From the NCBI GenBank assembly GCA_021161045.1, contig JAGHBJ010000106.1, positions 1-48,260 on the forward strand: a DNA stretch of 48,260 nt, in the 5' to 3' direction. Numbering within the stretch: position 1 is the stretch's first letter; each line of letters begins with the position of its first letter. Positions 45,348-48,260 of this stretch are shown piece after piece. Both the position numbers and the translations under genes were made by a program. Under the pieces are notes generated by a model. The model worked only from the letters and a program-made list of their open reading frames with translations, was not told the origin of the DNA and did no database searches. The stretch is from Candidatus Bathyarchaeota archaeon. Lineage in GTDB: Archaea; Thermoproteota; Bathyarchaeia; TCS64; B23.

Positions 45348-46310
45348 CTACACCTCCATCTTCAGGTAGTATATGTCGACGAGATGTAGGAGGCATTCTA
45401 AGGGCGGCGAGGATTCAAATCCCCTTAAGGCCTCTATACACTCCTCGGCGTATAGCCGCATCTTCTCCACAGCCCTCTCTAGGGCCTTGGAATGGATGTA
45501 AATCCTCCTCACCTCATCCGCCTCTAGGAGGCTTCCCGTCTCATAGGCCTGTAAGAGGCTCTCCCGCTCAGCCTCCGTTATGCTGGGGGATTCAAGGGCG
45601 TAGATGAGGGGGAGGGTGACATCACCGTTAACCAGATCATTTAGGGCTTCATCGCCGTTTAGGATGCCCTGTATGTCATCCCTTATCTGATAGGCGACGC
45701 CGAAGCATCTACCGAAGCTGGCTAAACGCTCCACCTCCACGTCGTCCCCTCCGCCGATGAGGGCTCCAAGGGCCGCTGAGGCTTCGAAGAGGCTTCCACT
45801 CTTCAGATATGCGATCTCTAGATACTCCTCCTCGGAGAGGATTCTCCTCCTGTAATGGGTTTGGAGGGCTACTCCCTGAACCATCTTTGAGGAGGTCTCG
45901 GAGAGCCATTCAACGATTCTGGGATCCCCCGTCTCGGCGGCGTATTTGAGTCCTAGGCTGAGGAGTATATCCCCTGCGAGTATGCCCCTCTTCACCCCGT
46001 ATGTTATATGGACTGAGGGCTTTCCCCTTCTGGTTTCATCCTCGTCGATGATGTCGTCGTGGATGAGGGTTCCATTATGGATGAGCTCCAATGCGAGGGA
46101 GGGTTTTATGGCCTTTTCACGTTCGCCGCCTACTAGCTCGGCTGAGAGGAGGCAGATGAGGGGTCTCAGCCTCTTACCGCCGGTTTTAAGCATGTATCTC
46201 ACAGGCGCCTCCATCAGGGGGTGAAGCGAGGTGAGGTCTAAATGCTCTAAGGTCTCATCGATGTATTCCCTGAGATTTCTCAGCCTCTCCTCGATCAACG
46301 CTTCTGACAT
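45348..46310 (-). CDS. idsA: Polyprenyl (geranylgeranyl) diphosphate synthase
   Basis: 320-aa ORF with a first Asp-rich motif LIHDDIIDED and a second YQIRDDIQG. Confidence 0.85.
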   Translation of the reverse strand: MSEALIEERLRNLREYIDETLEHLDLTSLHPLMEAPVRYMLKTGGKRLRPLICLLSAELVGGEREKAIKPSLALELIHNGTLIHDDIIDEDETRRGKPSVHITYGVKRGILAGDILLSLGLKYAAETGDPRIVEWLSETSSKMVQGVALQTHYRRRILSEEEYLEIAYLKSGSLFEASAALGALIGGGDDVEVERLASFGRCFGVAYQIRDDIQGILNGDEALNDLVNGDVTLPLIYALESPSITEAERESLLQAYETGSLLEADEVRRIYIHSKALERAVEKMRLYAEECIEALRGFESSPPLECLLHLVDIYYLKMEV

Positions 46311-46381
46311 CGAGGTCTACCGACCTTCTCCTACTTAACCCTCCGCTAACTATTTTAACCTTAACTTAATTTAGGTGTCTG

Positions 46382-47254
46382 ATGCCGCGGCTTAAGGTCT
46401 GGCTGCTGGAGACCAGACCCAACTTCCTATTGCTGACGCCCATCACCTACTCTGTGGGCCTAGCCTCGGCGTTGATCCAGGGCTACTCTAATCCCCTCAA
46501 CGCCCTCCTAGGGCTGCTGGGGGCGCTTCTGGCCCATATAAGCGTCAACGTCCTCAACGATTACTATGACTATAAGAGCGGCCTAGACCTCAGAACTAGG
46601 AGAACCCCCTTCAGTGGGGGAAGCGGCATCCTCCCAGAGGGCCTTCTAAACCCCGAGAAGGTCTATATACTCGGCCTCTCAACCCTTTTCCTAGGCCTTC
46701 TCATCGGCGTCTACTTTCTCCTCACCCTCGGCTTAGGCCTCCTCCTAATCCTTATACCCGCAGCTCTCAGCGTCTACTTCTATACGACGCATCTAAGCCG
46801 TTGGTATGTCGGCGAGTTCTTCGCAGGCCTCAACTTCGGCCCATTGATGGCTCTGGGGGCCTACTACCTCCAGGCTGGACATTTGGATTGGACGCCTTTC
46901 ATCGCTGGTGTTATCCCAGGCATACTGGTTGGCACCCTCCTCTTCCTCAACGAGTTTCCAGATGTGGAGGCGGATCTAAGCGTAGGCCGCAGAAACTTCG
47001 TCATCTTCCTCGGTAGGCGTAGAGCCTCAAGGGTCTACGCCCTTTTAATCATCTCCGTCTATCTCTATATCATCTCCACTATCCTGTTAGGCTTACTCCC
47101 CGAGACCTGTATACTATCCCTCATCACGGCTCCAATCGCCTATAGGGCCATTAGGGGAGCTCTAACCAACTATGATGATATGGAGGCCCTCATACCTGCT
47201 ATGGCCTCCAACGTCCTCGTCGTCCTATCCACCTCAGCCATTACGGCTCTGGGC

Positions 47255-47278
<24 letters not shown>
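46382..47278 (+). CDS. menA: UbiA-family prenyltransferase, MenA-like (1,4-dihydroxy-2-naphthoate polyprenyltransferase)
   Basis: 298-aa multi-TM ORF. NVLNDYYDYKSGLD and FLNEFPDVEAD are typical MenA motifs. Confidence 0.65.

Positions 47279-48260
<982 letters not shown>

Noticed and set aside
45348-45350. The in-frame TAG between idsA and GGR as a pyrrolysine codon.
   Set aside because: No pyl genes or other hints are in the window. The lineage signals (TACK-like) are not those of known Pyl-decoding archaea. A strong Shine-Dalgarno sequence plus CTG offers a simpler explanation. The TAG is kept only as a readthrough possibility in the corresponding finding.

Overview
This is an archaeal chromosomal segment. 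The evidence is an unsplit rpoB, ribosomal proteins L30e and L38e, EF-1alpha, a two-KH-domain NusA, ether-lipid genes (GGPP synthase, geranylgeranyl reductase, DGGGP synthase), and tRNAs preceded by TATA boxes. L38e plus unsplit rpoB suggests a TACK-type lineage (Thermoprotei or Korarchaeia-like), but I cannot name the organism. GC looks moderately high by eye, with a few AT-richer islands.

Content in order:
- 60-7885: beta-CASP RNase, MFS transporter, L38e, a fused HEPN-nucleotidyltransferase gene preceded by an HExxH protein, tRNA-Val, a secreted Asp-box propeller protein, an M28 peptidase and tRNA-Phe.
- 7909-8215: a frameshifted gene relic next to tRNA-Phe.
- 8278-16940: hydantoinase/oxoprolinase hyuB-hyuA, a DUF917 gene split at a G7 tract, and a cytoplasmic two-subunit molybdopterin oxidoreductase.
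- 18354-30272: the transcription/translation core (rpoB, a single 1272-aa rpoA, L30e, NusA, then a rearranged S10/EF-1alpha/S12/S7 block).
- 30258-32343: DGGGP synthase and an orphan DGQHR (DndB-like) protein.
- 33808-38001: a convergent MacB/FtsX-type ABC locus led by a zinc-ribbon protein with a Trp/Glu-repeat tail.
- 38071-48260: M24 peptidase, FUN14, an acidic zinc-ribbon coiled-coil protein, a MOP flippase, FdhD, an isoprenoid/quinone cluster (GGR, GGPP synthase, MenA-like, UbiE-like) and a partial ArsA/Get3 ATPase at the window edge.

I found no CRISPR array, rRNA or clear intact mobile element. The best candidates for something undescribed are the FtsX/ABC/zinc-ribbon locus, the HExxH plus HEPN-MNT cassette, the orphan DGQHR gene, the fused rpoA, and the start-codon-less GGR gene in frame behind the idsA stop codon. 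All functional calls come from motif recognition by eye; no searches were run.
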